Assembly: GCA_963815455.1 (NCBI GenBank)
Contig: CAWFGO010000001.1
Coordinates: forward strand, 224,001 to 288,000
Length of the DNA: 64,000 nucleotides
Reading direction: 5' to 3'
From: an uncultured Verrucomicrobiae bacterium
Lineage (GTDB): Bacteria; Verrucomicrobiota; Verrucomicrobiia; Chthoniobacterales; UBA10450
The position numbers were made by a program, and so were the translations under genes. The number at the start of each line of letters is the position of its first letter. The first letter of the stretch is position 1. Below are positions 29,556 to 39,972 of the stretch, piece after piece. The notes beneath the pieces were generated by a model. The model made no database searches. It saw nothing but the letters and a program-made list of their open reading frames with translations, and was not told the DNA's origin.

Positions 29556-30080
29556 ATGCCGATCACTTCCTTCAACAGTTTCACCGACGGTATCGATCCG
29601 AATCGAAGAAGCCGCGAACACTTCATTACCAACATCAACCTGGAAAATGACCGTCTCTGGGTTCCTTACGCGAATGGTGTCTGGTTCCAGCCCTGCTCGT
29701 TTAACGTCACATCTGGAGGATTCAGCGTCGTTCTGAAGGGCCTCCCCGGATCTATGGTGGGAACTCACTACCATGTTGGCACCGTTCACGGCTATACGAT
29801 GCGTGGTCACTGGCGATACCTGGAGCATGACTGGATTGCAAAACCCGGAACATACATTTACGAACCCGCCGGCGAGGCGCACACGCTGGTGATCACCGCT
29901 GACTCACCAGAACCCATGATCACTCTGTTCGTGGTTGGCGGCGGTCTGATCTATCTGGACAAGGCGGTCAATGGTGGCTTTGCCGCCTACGAGGATGGTT
30001 TCACGCTTCTCGAGCTGACACGGAAATACTACCGCGAGGCCGGTCTGGATGCGCGCCAGATCGACCTGCTCGTGCGCTGA
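29556..30080 (+). CDS. 2,4'-dihydroxyacetophenone dioxygenase family cupin
   Basis: HYHVGTVHGYTMRGHWRYLEHDW and YEPAGEAHTL; AGGAG Shine-Dalgarno upstream. Confidence 0.75.
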   Translation: MPITSFNSFTDGIDPNRRSREHFITNINLENDRLWVPYANGVWFQPCSFNVTSGGFSVVLKGLPGSMVGTHYHVGTVHGYTMRGHWRYLEHDWIAKPGTYIYEPAGEAHTLVITADSPEPMITLFVVGGGLIYLDKAVNGGFAAYEDGFTLLELTRKYYREAGLDARQIDLLVR

Positions 30081-30218
30081 TTCAACGATTAGGATGATCC
30101 TAGAACAAGTTGATTTGATCAGCCAGTTCGTCGCCGCGGCGACACAAAGCGCCCGCCATCGCGGCACGCGCGCTTACGTTCCCGCCTAATCGCGATCGAT
30201 GAGTCGGCGTGACCAAGT

Positions 30219-30309
30219 CCACAGATTTCGCGGATTCACGCAGATTTTTCTTTTTCAGGCCAACACGGGCCATCCTGATTAAATCTGTGAAAATCTGTGT
30301 CATCTGTGG
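30219..30309. repeat. CCACAGAT...ATCTGTGG variant of the CGGAT-unit palindrome
   Basis: Three cagat/cggat units, then three inverted atctg units. Confidence 0.7.
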
Positions 30310-30331
30310 TTAAACCTTGCAGGATCGACAC

Positions 30332-30733
30332 ATGAACCGCCTCTCGGAATTAACGAAGTTCGCACAGCGTTATGCCGAAGCGTGGTGCAGCCAAAACTCT
30401 GAAAGCGTAGCGGCATTCTTCGCCGAAAATGGTTCGCTGAGCGTGAACGACGGACCGCCCGCCGTCGGACGATCACCGATTGCGGAAGTAGCGCGAGGAT
30501 TCATGCGCGATTTCCCGGACATGATCGTGACTTTCGACAAACTGGAGCCGCGCGAAGGTGCTACTGCGTTTCATTGGACCTTGATCGGAACCAACACCGG
30601 ACCGGGCGGGACGGGAAGACGCGTCCAAATCAGCGGCTACGAACTTTGGAAGGTCGACAACGATGGGCTAATCGCAGAATCGAAAGGCAATTTCGACGCC
30701 GCCGAATATGAACGACAGCTCAAGGGCATGTGA
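30332..30733 (+). CDS. SnoaL-like / NTF2 family protein
   Basis: YAEAWCSQ, FMRDFPD, FHWTLIGTNTGPGGTGRRVQISGYE. Confidence 0.8.
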   Translation: MNRLSELTKFAQRYAEAWCSQNSESVAAFFAENGSLSVNDGPPAVGRSPIAEVARGFMRDFPDMIVTFDKLEPREGATAFHWTLIGTNTGPGGTGRRVQISGYELWKVDNDGLIAESKGNFDAAEYERQLKGM

Positions 30734-30757
30734 CAAGTGACGTGTGACGAGTGATAG
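30730..30757 (+). repeat. Heptamer tandem repeat (GTGACRN x4)
   Basis: gtgacaa gtgacgt gtgacga gtgatag; contains the TGA stop of the upstream gene. The same units form an inverted pair at 55516-55596. Confidence 0.65.
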
Positions 30758-30784
30758 GTTCGAGAGGCGCGAGCCGAATTTCTT

Positions 30785-32428
30785 ATGAATGACAGAAATC
30801 CTCTCCGATTCGCCAGCGGCATAATCCTTTTTTTGCTTGCGAGCGGTGCAGGCGTTTGTGCGACTGAGTCGGACCAGCACGCGGGACATCACTTGGGCAC
30901 GGTCAACTTTCCAGTCTCCTGTTCCAAGGAAGCCCAGGAGGAATTCAATCGAGCAGTTGCCCTGCTTCATCACATGACCTACCCGCAGGCGCGGCAAGCG
31001 TTCGAGCACGTCGCAGCAATCGATCCCAAATGTGCGATGGCGCATTGGGGCATCGCGATGACTTTATTTCAGCCACTCTGGCCGACTCGTCCGTCTCCCA
31101 AAGCTCTTCAGCGCGGTTGGGAAGAGGTGCAAAAAGCAAAAGAACTTCAGCCGGCGACCGAACGGGAACGGCTCTTGGTGGCAGCGACCGAGGCGTTCTT
31201 CCTGGAACCGGCCTCGCCCGATTACTGGCTTCGGATTCGTCGCTGGGAACAAGCCATGGAAAAAGCTTACAACGCCTTTCCGGACGATCCGGAAGTCGGT
31301 GCTTTTTACGCTTTGGCGCATTTGGCCACCGCTCCATCGGATAAAATTTCCCGAGACCACTCCGATCGGGCCGCCGAAATTCTGCTCCGCATCTACAAAC
31401 AGAATCCGGATCATCCCGGCGCCATGCATTATCTCGTTCACGCTAACGATGTGCCGGGGCGCGAGCGCGAATCACTGGAAATCACCCGCAAGTACGAAGT
31501 CGTCGCGCCGGACAACCCGCACGCGCTCCATATGCCGACCCATATTTATACCCGGCTGGGAGATTGGGAGGGCGTGATTCGCGGAAACCTCCGCGCCGCA
31601 GACGCAGCCCTGAAATATCCTGTCGGCGACAACGGAGAGTTTGTTTGGGACGAGTTTCCTCATGCGATCGAGTACCTCATCTACGGGTATCTTCAGAAGG
31701 GCGCGGACGACCAAGCCGCGGCGCAGTTGAAGCGATTACGCGGAACGGCGCATCTGGAACCGACTTTCAAGGTGGCGTTTCATCTGAGTTCAACTCAAGC
31801 CCGGTATGCTTTGGAGCGGCGCGCCTGGAACGAGGCGATGTCGATCGTCCCGCGCGAACCGGCAAATCTCGATTGGGATCATTTCACCTGGCCGGAAGCA
31901 ATCGTGCGATTCGCGCGCGGTCTGGGCGCGGCGCATTTAGGAAAAATCGATGAGGCCAAAGCGGAGGTGAAACGTCTGCAGGAACTTGAAGATGCCACGG
32001 TCAAAGCGAAGGAAGAGCTGTTTGCCCGAAATATCCGGGTGCTTCGTCTGGAGTTGAGCGCATGGATTGCCCATGTCGAAGGAAAGAAGGAACCGAGCAT
32101 CGCGCTGATGCGAGACGCCGCCGAACTCGAAACCTCGACACCGAAAGCCCCGGTGACGCCGGGCCCGACACTCCCCGCCTATGAACTCTTGGGCGATCTT
32201 CTGGTCGAGCAGAAACAACCGGAAGAAGCGCTCGTCGCCTACAAACGCTCACTGGAACTTTATCCGCGCCGTTTCAACAGCCTCCTTGGCGCCGCTCGGG
32301 CGGCCCGCGCGACCGAGGGGAAATCCGAAACACGCACCTTCTACAAACGCCTTGTCGAAATCACCGAAGGTGGAACCCGTCAACCCGCTCTGGACGAAGC
32401 GAAAAAGTATCTCGCCCAGAAGAAATGA
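30785..32428 (+). CDS. Secreted TPR-containing protein
   Basis: Signal peptide; LGTVNFPVSCS, AMAHWGIAM, HPGAMHYLVH, PHALHMPTHIY His-rich conserved motifs. Confidence 0.8.
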   Translation: MNDRNPLRFASGIILFLLASGAGVCATESDQHAGHHLGTVNFPVSCSKEAQEEFNRAVALLHHMTYPQARQAFEHVAAIDPKCAMAHWGIAMTLFQPLWPTRPSPKALQRGWEEVQKAKELQPATERERLLVAATEAFFLEPASPDYWLRIRRWEQAMEKAYNAFPDDPEVGAFYALAHLATAPSDKISRDHSDRAAEILLRIYKQNPDHPGAMHYLVHANDVPGRERESLEITRKYEVVAPDNPHALHMPTHIYTRLGDWEGVIRGNLRAADAALKYPVGDNGEFVWDEFPHAIEYLIYGYLQKGADDQAAAQLKRLRGTAHLEPTFKVAFHLSSTQARYALERRAWNEAMSIVPREPANLDWDHFTWPEAIVRFARGLGAAHLGKIDEAKAEVKRLQELEDATVKAKEELFARNIRVLRLELSAWIAHVEGKKEPSIALMRDAAELETSTPKAPVTPGPTLPAYELLGDLLVEQKQPEEALVAYKRSLELYPRRFNSLLGAARAARATEGKSETRTFYKRLVEITEGGTRQPALDEAKKYLAQKK

Positions 32429-32443
32429 TTCGAGGACTAATTT

Positions 32444-34000
32444 CTAAAGTCTTCGGGCCACGGTCGCCGTGGATTCGCCATTGCCGTTCGCCCCTACGAT
32501 GAGCAACGCCTTTCGCTCAACCGTTTCAATATAGATACGCGTGGCTGCCGGCAGCTCGTGCCAGATGCGCCAGGCGATCAATCCGCCCGCGAGCGCGAAC
32601 GGGATCAGGAAAATTGGCCACCATTGCCAGCCGTGATGGGTAACCAGATAGCCAACGCCGATTGATTGCACGCCGCTACCGAGATAAACAAACCCGTCGA
32701 CAATGCCCGACGCGGTTGCCGTCGCTTTGCGTCCGCCGAAATCAGCCGAGGCCGTTCCCGACATGAGTGAATGGACGCCAGTGACCGCCGCCACGATGAG
32801 CAGCGCTGCGATCCCGACGACAAACGGCAGCGAAAAAATATTCATCGCCATTACCGCCGCCATCATCAGCATGAATGCGCAAAAGAGCGCGGCCGGCGGA
32901 CCGCGGCGCGACTGGAAAAATTTGTCCGAGATCAATCCGCCCGCGAAGCCGCCGACGATGCCGAAAACGCACAGGAGCAATCCCCAGTTGGCCAGAATGC
33001 TTTCCGCGCCCGGTTGCTTCACGTCATGTCCAAAAATGGTGTACCACTGCATGATCCCGTTGCGCAGGACACCGGCTGTCAGTTCGACAAAGGCGAACAT
33101 CAGAATCAGTGGATTGAGAAACACTTTCTTGAGCAGGTCGAGCGCGGTGTACTGCTCGTGCATGTGACCGGACGAAGCATCATGCGTATCCAAGTACGGG
33201 AAGCCGGCATGCTCGGGTGTGTCCTTGATCAACCAGAGATCCAGCAGCGCCCAGGCAAACAGAATGACGGCCGGAACAAAAAAGACCGCCCAGGTTGCGT
33301 CTACCGTTTGACCTTCGGTGAAGAAAACATTGCGCACCAGCGTGGTCAGGCCACCCGCTGACGCCGGCGCCTTGACCCTGGTCATGTTGATAATGGCCTG
33401 GCCCCAATCGAACGCGAAATAAACACCGAACGAGATGAGCGTTCCAAAAATTGCGCCAAACACGCCGCGCTCGCGCACATGAAACCAATTTGCCTTGACC
33501 TTGATGATCGAGACCGCGCCGTAGCTCTGGAAATACATGTTGATCGCGTAAACGACCGAGAAAATCCCTAGCAAGCGCACATGCAATCGACCGGTCAGAA
33601 CGAGCCATGTAATCACGCCTAGGGCGATATTGGCCAATGACGCACCCAGCGCGGCAATGAGGATTCCCCGTTTTCCGCCGATCTTATCGACGAGCGGTCC
33701 GTTGATTAAGAACGAAAACGCGTAGGTCACCGTGCCGGCGGCGAAGATGAGACCGAACTCCTCGTTCGACATGAGCGAGCCGAGCGAATTTTTCGCCACG
33801 GTCAGGTTGTACCGTCCCATGTAAAGGAAGGCGTAGGTCATGCCCAGCGGGAACCAATTGATGAACCGCCGGCTCAAGAACCACGGGCCGTGTTTGAGCG
33901 GGTTATTGTAGAAATAAATCCCGACAACCAATGTGAGACAGATGAAAACGATGCCGAGGGACATGGGAAGATTGGTATCCGCCGAGATTGGCCACGCCAT
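32444..34000 (-). CDS. MFS transporter, GlpT/OPA-like
   Basis: YAFLYMGRYN, GPLVDKIGG, WFHVRERG, ISDKFFQSRR, ATASGIVDGFVYLG; many TM helices. Start at 34000 or 33964. Confidence 0.85.
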   Translation of the reverse strand: MAWPISADTNLPMSLGIVFICLTLVVGIYFYNNPLKHGPWFLSRRFINWFPLGMTYAFLYMGRYNLTVAKNSLGSLMSNEEFGLIFAAGTVTYAFSFLINGPLVDKIGGKRGILIAALGASLANIALGVITWLVLTGRLHVRLLGIFSVVYAINMYFQSYGAVSIIKVKANWFHVRERGVFGAIFGTLISFGVYFAFDWGQAIINMTRVKAPASAGGLTTLVRNVFFTEGQTVDATWAVFFVPAVILFAWALLDLWLIKDTPEHAGFPYLDTHDASSGHMHEQYTALDLLKKVFLNPLILMFAFVELTAGVLRNGIMQWYTIFGHDVKQPGAESILANWGLLLCVFGIVGGFAGGLISDKFFQSRRGPPAALFCAFMLMMAAVMAMNIFSLPFVVGIAALLIVAAVTGVHSLMSGTASADFGGRKATATASGIVDGFVYLGSGVQSIGVGYLVTHHGWQWWPIFLIPFALAGGLIAWRIWHELPAATRIYIETVERKALLIVGANGNGESTATVARRL

Positions 34001-34199
34001 TCTTGCCAAAAAGCCTGCCCGGTAGCACGGACAATCGGGTTCGTCACACAATCGTAACAATCCGGCGTCGGACGAGGCAGCCCGTGGCAATCCATCCAGC
34101 CGAACGACGGTCACTATCGTGTGAAGCTGCGACAGGATTAACTGGATTAAATTGATTGGGTCTTCCGAATCGGGAGAATCCTGTCTAGCTTCTGAACCA

Positions 34200-34664
34200 A
34201 TGAATCTCAACGATCTCGCCAATCTCGGGCAAATCATCGGCGCGATTGGCGTCATGATTACGCTCATCTATCTGGCGGTTCAGATTCGCGGCAGCACTAA
34301 GGTTGCCAGCGCACAAGCCCGCCATGCCATCTCCGAGTTCGTTCTTCGCATCTCGATTTTTCAGGCAGAGCACGCCGATCGTTTTGCCAGGCTTGAGAGC
34401 GGAGCCGAACTAACCGATGGCGATCGTTATTTCCGGTATTGGAGTCATGTCCAATTTCTTCTGCATGCCGAGACCTATTTCCATCATCACGAGTTGGGGC
34501 TCATGCCTGATGCACACTGGCGCCCGTACGGGCGATTCATGACGAAGTACATCCAATCGCCCGGGTTCAAGGAAGCCTGGGATGATATTGGCCCAGGCTT
34601 TTCGGAAGACTTTGCGCAATGGGTCGATGGCCTGCTTGCGAAGCCCGAGCCGGACCGGCGGTAG
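34200..34664 (+). CDS. Hypothetical protein with N-terminal TM helix (paralog of 50071-50574)
   Basis: MNLNDLANLGQIIGAIGVMITLIYLAVQIR; ETYFHHHELGLM..W; SPG...W. Confidence 0.75.
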   Translation: MNLNDLANLGQIIGAIGVMITLIYLAVQIRGSTKVASAQARHAISEFVLRISIFQAEHADRFARLESGAELTDGDRYFRYWSHVQFLLHAETYFHHHELGLMPDAHWRPYGRFMTKYIQSPGFKEAWDDIGPGFSEDFAQWVDGLLAKPEPDRR

Positions 34665-34931
34665 AAGATAAACGCGTTTCACCGTTCCTCCTCGATCGAG
34701 CAGAGGGTCAGGTGAGGAGCGACACACCTTAGCGATTCAACAATTTGAGGATTAGGAGTTTTTCCCACGAATCATGCTGAAAGGAAAACAAAGGGCGGCG
34801 GGAGCGCTGGGCGGGCTGCCGCAGTTGTCTTGCGTTGCGTGAAAATGGTTTTCCCGGTGGCGAAACCGGCGGCTGAGCATGGCATGCCGCTTTGCCGGTC
34901 TGCTGCATCATTTTGCGACAGAAGAATTCGC

Positions 34932-37900
34932 TCAATTCGCGCCGCTGAGCCCGGCGGGCTGTTCAGTGGGCGACGTCGAGGGCCGCGCCTGTTTGTTAGC
35001 CATGAAATAGAGCACCGGCACAGCCATGCGGCTGATCAGGAGCGAGGCGATCTCGCCGGCCATTAGCGCGATGGCCAGTCCTTTGAAAATCGGGTCGGCC
35101 AGGATGACGCTGGCGCCCACCACGACCGCCAGCGCGGTCAGGAACATCGGGCGGAAACGAACCGCGCCGGCGTCCACCACGGCTTCGGCGAGCGGCATGC
35201 CTTCAGCCAGGCGTCGCTCGATGAAATCGACCAGAATGATCGAGTTGCGCACCACAATCCCGGCTCCGGCCATGAACCCGATCATCGACGTAGCGGAAAA
35301 GAATGCGCCGAGCAGACCGTGCGCGGGCAGGATGCCGACGAGCGAGAACGGGATCGCGGCCATTACCACGATCGGCGTGATGAAGCTTCGAAACCAGCCG
35401 ACCATCAGCACGTAGATGAGCACGAGGACGACGGCGAAAGCGGAGCCGAGATCGCGGAACACTTCGATCGTGATCTGCCATTCGCCATCCCATTTCAGCG
35501 CCGGTTTCGCTTCGGTGAACGGCTGGACGGCGTTGAAGATTTGCACCGGTGCGCCGTTGCCGCCGAACTCGCGCGTGTCGAGTTTCGCCAGCGCCTTGTT
35601 CATTTTCAGAATCGCGTAGACAGGACTTTCGATCACGCCGGCCACGTCGCCGATGACGTAGGTCACCGGCAGCAGGTTTTTGTGGTAGATGCTTTTCTCG
35701 GTCGTGGTCTGCTCGACGTGCACCAGCTCACGCAGCGGAATGAGCGGCGCGAAGCCAACGGCGCCGGGCTCGGGCAGTGCGTTGGCGTCGCCCGACCGGA
35801 CGCGCAAGGCGAGCAATTCATCCGGCGTCGTGCGCGAAGAACGCGGCAGCTCGAGCATGATATTCACGTCCTCTTTCTCTCGCGGGAGATGGAGGAGATC
35901 GACCGACTCGCCGCCAACGGCGATGCGCAACGTCCGCGAAATCGTCTCGGCGCTGATGCCGTGAAGCGCGGCCTTTTCCTTGTCGATAACAAAGCGGGCC
36001 TTCGGCTGATCGGCTTCGACATACCAATCGACATCGACCACGCCCGGCGTGCTTTTGAAAATATCGCGCACCTTGCGGGCGAGCGCGTGACGATCCGATT
36101 CGTCAGGGCCGTAGACTTCCGCGACCAGCGTTTGCAAAACGGGCGGACCGGGCGGCACCTCGGCGACCGCGACGCGGGCGTCGTATTTCGCCGCGATCTC
36201 GGCGATGCGCGGGCGGACCCGTTTCGCGATGTCATGGCTTCGCGCGCTCCGCTCGCCTTTCGTTAGCAGATTCACCTGGATATCGGCGACGTTCGCGCCC
36301 TGGCGCAGAAAGTAGTGCCTGACGAGCCCGTTAAAATTATACGGCGCGGAAACGCCGACGTAAATCTGGTAGTCGGTCACTTCCGGCTCGACGCGGACAG
36401 CGGCGGCAATTTCGCGGGCAGCCTGCGCGGTCCGTTCGAGCGAGCTGCCCTCCGGCATGTTTAAAATCACCTGGAACTCGCTCTTGTTATCGAAAGGCAG
36501 CATTTTCACTTTCACCAACCCGAGCGCGACCAGCGCCATTGCCAGCAGCAGCAGCCCGCTGATCGAGCCAAGAAAAATCCAGCGCCAGCGCGGCTGCGCG
36601 ATCATTGGTCCCATCAGCCGTCGATAGATCCGAGTGAAAAAATCCTCCTCGTGGACGAAGTGGCTGTGCGGCTCGTTAGGCGCGGTGCCTTCGGTCAGAC
36701 GCGAATACTTTTTTCCCCAGCGCAAGATTCGGATCGACGCCCACGGTGTGACGATAAAAGCGATCGCGAGCGACCAGCCCATCGCCGCGCTTGCGCCGAT
36801 CGGGATCGGACGCATGTAAGGCCCCATGAGTCCGCCGACGAATGCCATCGGCAGCACCGCCGCGATCACGGCAAAGGTCGCGAGGATCGTCGGGTTGCCG
36901 ACTTCGCTGACCGCTTCGACCGCGATCGCGGCCCAGTTGCGGCCTTTGTTTTGCCGGAGATGAAAATGGCGGACGATATTTTCCACCACCACGATCGCGT
37001 CATCGACCAGGATGCCGATGGAGAAGATGAGCGCGAAGAGCGTGATGCGATTGAGAGTGAAACCGAGGAGATAAAAAACGAGCAGGGTGAGCGCGAGCGT
37101 GGCCGGGATGGCGAGCGCGACGATGATCGATTCGCGCCAGCCGAGCGTGACACAGATGAGGAGCGACACGCCGATGACGGCGAGGCCCATGTGAAACAGA
37201 AGCTCGTTCGATTTCTCCGCCGCCGTCTCGCCGTAATTGCGGGTGATGGACACCTCGACATCGCGCGGGATGAGCGTGCCCTTGAGCGTTTCGATCTTTC
37301 GCAGCACCTCGCGGGTGACGCCGATCGCGTTGGCGCCCGGCCGCTTGGCGATGCTGAGCGTGACGGAGGGCTCTTCGCTGGGGAGCGCGCGCGCTTCGCC
37401 AGCTGCAGTCGACGCCTCGCCGACTGCTTCGTTCGAAGAGGAATCGCGGCGAGGCGCGTGCGCTCCCCAGCCGAGGAAGGTGTAGTTCGACGGTTCCTCC
37501 GCCCCATCGACGATGGTCGCGACCTCACGCAGATAAACGGGCCGTCCGCTGAAGACGCCGACGACCACATTACCCACATCCGCCGCGCTGGTCAGAAACG
37601 CACCGGTTTCAATCACGAACTCCCGGTTGTTTGTCGTTAGGCCGCCGGAACGGTACTGCTTGTTGGCCTGCTGCAGCATGAGCACGAGGCCGGCTGCGCT
37701 CAGATTGCGCGAGGCGAGCCGCACCGGATCGAGCAGCACGCGCACCTCGCGCCGTGCCCCGCCGATGATGGTCGTTTCCGCGACCAGAGGCACAGCTTTG
37801 ACCGCGTCGTCCACTTCCGCCACCAACCGGCGAAGCATGAGATGATCGTAACGTGCACTGTGAAAGCTGAGCGCGAGAATCGGCACGTCATCGATCGACT

Positions 37901-38336
37901 TCGGCTTAATCAGGGGCGTGCCGACGCCGTGCGGGATGCGATCGTAATTCGAGCGCAGTTTTTCCGTCAATCGCACGAGACACTCCTCGGGATCGGAGCC
38001 GACCTTGAAACGCACGATGACGAGGCTCTCGCTATCGCGCGAGGTTGAGTAAATGTATTCCACGCCCGGGATTTCCCAGAGCAACTTTTCCATCGGGCGC
38101 GTGGCGCGCTCCTCGACTTCCTTCGCAGTGAAGCCGGCCATGTTCACCATCACATCCACCATCGGCACCTTGATCTGCGGCTCCTCCTCGCGCGGCAGCA
38201 GGATGATCGCCGCAAGGCCGAGCAGGACCGCCGCGATGACGATCAGTGGGGTGAGCTTCGAATTGATGAACGTGCGGGCGATGCGGCCGGCCGGGCCGCG
38301 CGCACTGACGGCCTGCTCTCGACTCGGATCGTTCAC
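34932..38336 (-). CDS. RND efflux transporter permease subunit (AcrB/CusA superfamily)
   Basis: [44 protein letters not shown]; 1134 aa. Confidence 0.92.
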   Translation of the reverse strand: MNDPSREQAVSARGPAGRIARTFINSKLTPLIVIAAVLLGLAAIILLPREEEPQIKVPMVDVMVNMAGFTAKEVEERATRPMEKLLWEIPGVEYIYSTSRDSESLVIVRFKVGSDPEECLVRLTEKLRSNYDRIPHGVGTPLIKPKSIDDVPILALSFHSARYDHLMLRRLVAEVDDAVKAVPLVAETTIIGGARREVRVLLDPVRLASRNLSAAGLVLMLQQANKQYRSGGLTTNNREFVIETGAFLTSAADVGNVVVGVFSGRPVYLREVATIVDGAEEPSNYTFLGWGAHAPRRDSSSNEAVGEASTAAGEARALPSEEPSVTLSIAKRPGANAIGVTREVLRKIETLKGTLIPRDVEVSITRNYGETAAEKSNELLFHMGLAVIGVSLLICVTLGWRESIIVALAIPATLALTLLVFYLLGFTLNRITLFALIFSIGILVDDAIVVVENIVRHFHLRQNKGRNWAAIAVEAVSEVGNPTILATFAVIAAVLPMAFVGGLMGPYMRPIPIGASAAMGWSLAIAFIVTPWASIRILRWGKKYSRLTEGTAPNEPHSHFVHEEDFFTRIYRRLMGPMIAQPRWRWIFLGSISGLLLLAMALVALGLVKVKMLPFDNKSEFQVILNMPEGSSLERTAQAAREIAAAVRVEPEVTDYQIYVGVSAPYNFNGLVRHYFLRQGANVADIQVNLLTKGERSARSHDIAKRVRPRIAEIAAKYDARVAVAEVPPGPPVLQTLVAEVYGPDESDRHALARKVRDIFKSTPGVVDVDWYVEADQPKARFVIDKEKAALHGISAETISRTLRIAVGGESVDLLHLPREKEDVNIMLELPRSSRTTPDELLALRVRSGDANALPEPGAVGFAPLIPLRELVHVEQTTTEKSIYHKNLLPVTYVIGDVAGVIESPVYAILKMNKALAKLDTREFGGNGAPVQIFNAVQPFTEAKPALKWDGEWQITIEVFRDLGSAFAVVLVLIYVLMVGWFRSFITPIVVMAAIPFSLVGILPAHGLLGAFFSATSMIGFMAGAGIVVRNSIILVDFIERRLAEGMPLAEAVVDAGAVRFRPMFLTALAVVVGASVILADPIFKGLAIALMAGEIASLLISRMAVPVLYFMANKQARPSTSPTEQPAGLSGAN
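37378..37470. repeat. GGGAGCGC-family element, in frame inside the RND permease
   Basis: ctggggagcgcgcgcgcttcgcc pairs with ggcgaggcgcgtgcgctccccag; 93 bp. Confidence 0.85.
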
Positions 38337-39352
38337 GGCTTGGCGGTAATGGGCTGACCGTCGTGCAATTCCGCCGCGCCCTCGATGACAACCTTCTCCC
38401 CGCGACTGATGCCGGCGAGCAGTTCCACCTCATTGCTGGTGCGCTTGCCGGTGCGGACAAGGCGAAGTTGCGCGTGCCCATTTACGGCTACGAACACGGT
38501 CTCCATTTGCCCGCGCACGATCAGGGCCGACGCCGGCACGAAGACGGCGTCCGTCTTGCCCGTGGGGATGAGGACCCGGCCGAACTGTCCACTACGCACA
38601 CCTTCCGTCCGCGGTAGATCAAGTTTTACAAGGAAAGTGCGGCTTGAGGGGTCGGCAACTGGCGCCATTTCAACCACTGTTCCTTCAATATCTGTTGCCG
38701 CAGCGCTGACGCGCACCGGAAGTTTGTCACCGATCTTGATATCTCGGGCCAGCGCTTCCGGCACATCGGCTTCGAATCTTAAAGCGGCCGGGTCTTCCAT
38801 CTCGAGGATCGGTTTGCCCGGCGCCGCCAAATCGCCGACATCTGCCAGCTTGCGCGTAACCACACCATCGAATGGCGCGAGTATTTTTGTGTAGCTAAGC
38901 GCTGTCTGGGTTTCCGTCACCGCTCCGGCCGCGACCCGCTCGCGCGCCTGCACCGTATCAAACTCAGCCTGCGCTGTGATTTTCTGGTCAAGCAACTTCC
39001 GGGCGCGTTCGAGATCGCGGGTCGTTTGCTCGCGCACCGCCAATGCCTGGTCGAGCTTCGCCTGAATCTCGCGGGCATCGAGCTGGACGAGCAAATCGCC
39101 CGCCCTGACCTGCTGCCCGGGCGCGACCAGCAGCTTCTCGATTCGTCCGCTGACCTTTGCCTCGATCACCGCTCGCAGCTTGGGCTGCACGGTGCCGACA
39201 ACTTCCTCGCTCGAAGTCCGCGCCTTATCCGTCACCGCCGCGACGCGGACTGTGGCCGGTGGCAGTGACTCGGGCGCGGTTTCCTTTTTCGAATGACACG
39301 CGGCCAGCGCGAGGACAGCCACGACGATGACGAGCGAGCGCGGGAACTTCAT
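38333..39352 (-). CDS. RND periplasmic adaptor (MFP) lipoprotein
   Basis: Lipobox [46 protein letters not shown]. Confidence 0.9.
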   Translation of the reverse strand: MKFPRSLVIVVAVLALAACHSKKETAPESLPPATVRVAAVTDKARTSSEEVVGTVQPKLRAVIEAKVSGRIEKLLVAPGQQVRAGDLLVQLDAREIQAKLDQALAVREQTTRDLERARKLLDQKITAQAEFDTVQARERVAAGAVTETQTALSYTKILAPFDGVVTRKLADVGDLAAPGKPILEMEDPAALRFEADVPEALARDIKIGDKLPVRVSAAATDIEGTVVEMAPVADPSSRTFLVKLDLPRTEGVRSGQFGRVLIPTGKTDAVFVPASALIVRGQMETVFVAVNGHAQLRLVRTGKRTSNEVELLAGISRGEKVVIEGAAELHDGQPITAKP

Positions 39353-39358
39353 CAGCGC

Positions 39359-39577
39359 CTAGTGTGGCGCAGCGCCGCACTCCTCGCCAGTCCGGCCGAC
39401 GCCAAGCTTGAGGAGAATGCGCTCGAGCGGGCAGAAGCCGGTGAAGGCCGTCTGAAATAAATTCAGCCCGACAAACGCCGAGAGGAGCAACCAGAGTTGG
39501 TTGACCCAGACCCCGAGGGCGAGCCCGGTGAGCACGAGCGTGCCGGCGACGAGATAAATGATCCGTTGTATTTTCAT
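39359..39577 (-). CDS. DUF2892 / YgaP-like small membrane protein
   Basis: FVGLNLFQTAFTGFCP motif; two TM helices. Confidence 0.85.
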   Translation of the reverse strand: MKIQRIIYLVAGTLVLTGLALGVWVNQLWLLLSAFVGLNLFQTAFTGFCPLERILLKLGVGRTGEECGAAPH

Positions 39578-39770
39578 AGTGCGGTGAAACTCTTCATGAG
39601 ATTTCCTTTACACTAATCCTCATTGTTCCAACCGGATCACGCTTTGCATCGATTGTCCAAAGCTCACCGTTTGTTGCGACCGGACCGTGTTCGACCGCTT
39701 CCGTCCGTTAAATCCCCGCTGGCGACCGCAGTATCGTGTCACCCGGTGCCGGTTCGGAATTAGGATTTTT

Positions 39771-39962
39771 GCCCACGAAGCACACGAATCACGATTCGTC
39801 ATTCCGAGCGCAGTCGAGGAATCCCGTGGCGTTACCTTGAAGGTGCTTCCGCGGGATCCTTCGACTCCGCTGTGCTTCGCTCAGGATGACAGAATCTAAA
39901 AAGTTCGCGTCAATTCGTGCTTGCCCCGCTGTAGCCTTGGCGAAGGCGGGTGTTTCGTGGGC
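39771..39962. repeat. Composite nested repeat (CCCACGAA family hosting a GTCAT element and a GCCTTGGCGAAGGC element)
   Basis: Outer gcccacgaa/ttcgtgggc; inner 39798-39890 and 39920-39950; simpler relative at 45420-45481. Confidence 0.8.
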
Positions 39963-39972
39963 CGTTCTCTTC

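Noticed and set aside
30100..30200. Possible further orphan gene end after the cupin gene
   Set aside because: No matching parent sequence was recognised in the window.
34880..34895. Sigma54-like TGGCA...TTGC motif (also at ~53220-53240)
   Set aside because: The GG-to-GC spacing is off by one from the required -24/-12 geometry.
39600..39770. Riboswitch or leader upstream of the DUF2892-RND operon
   Set aside because: No recognisable aptamer consensus; a structure cannot be supported by eye.
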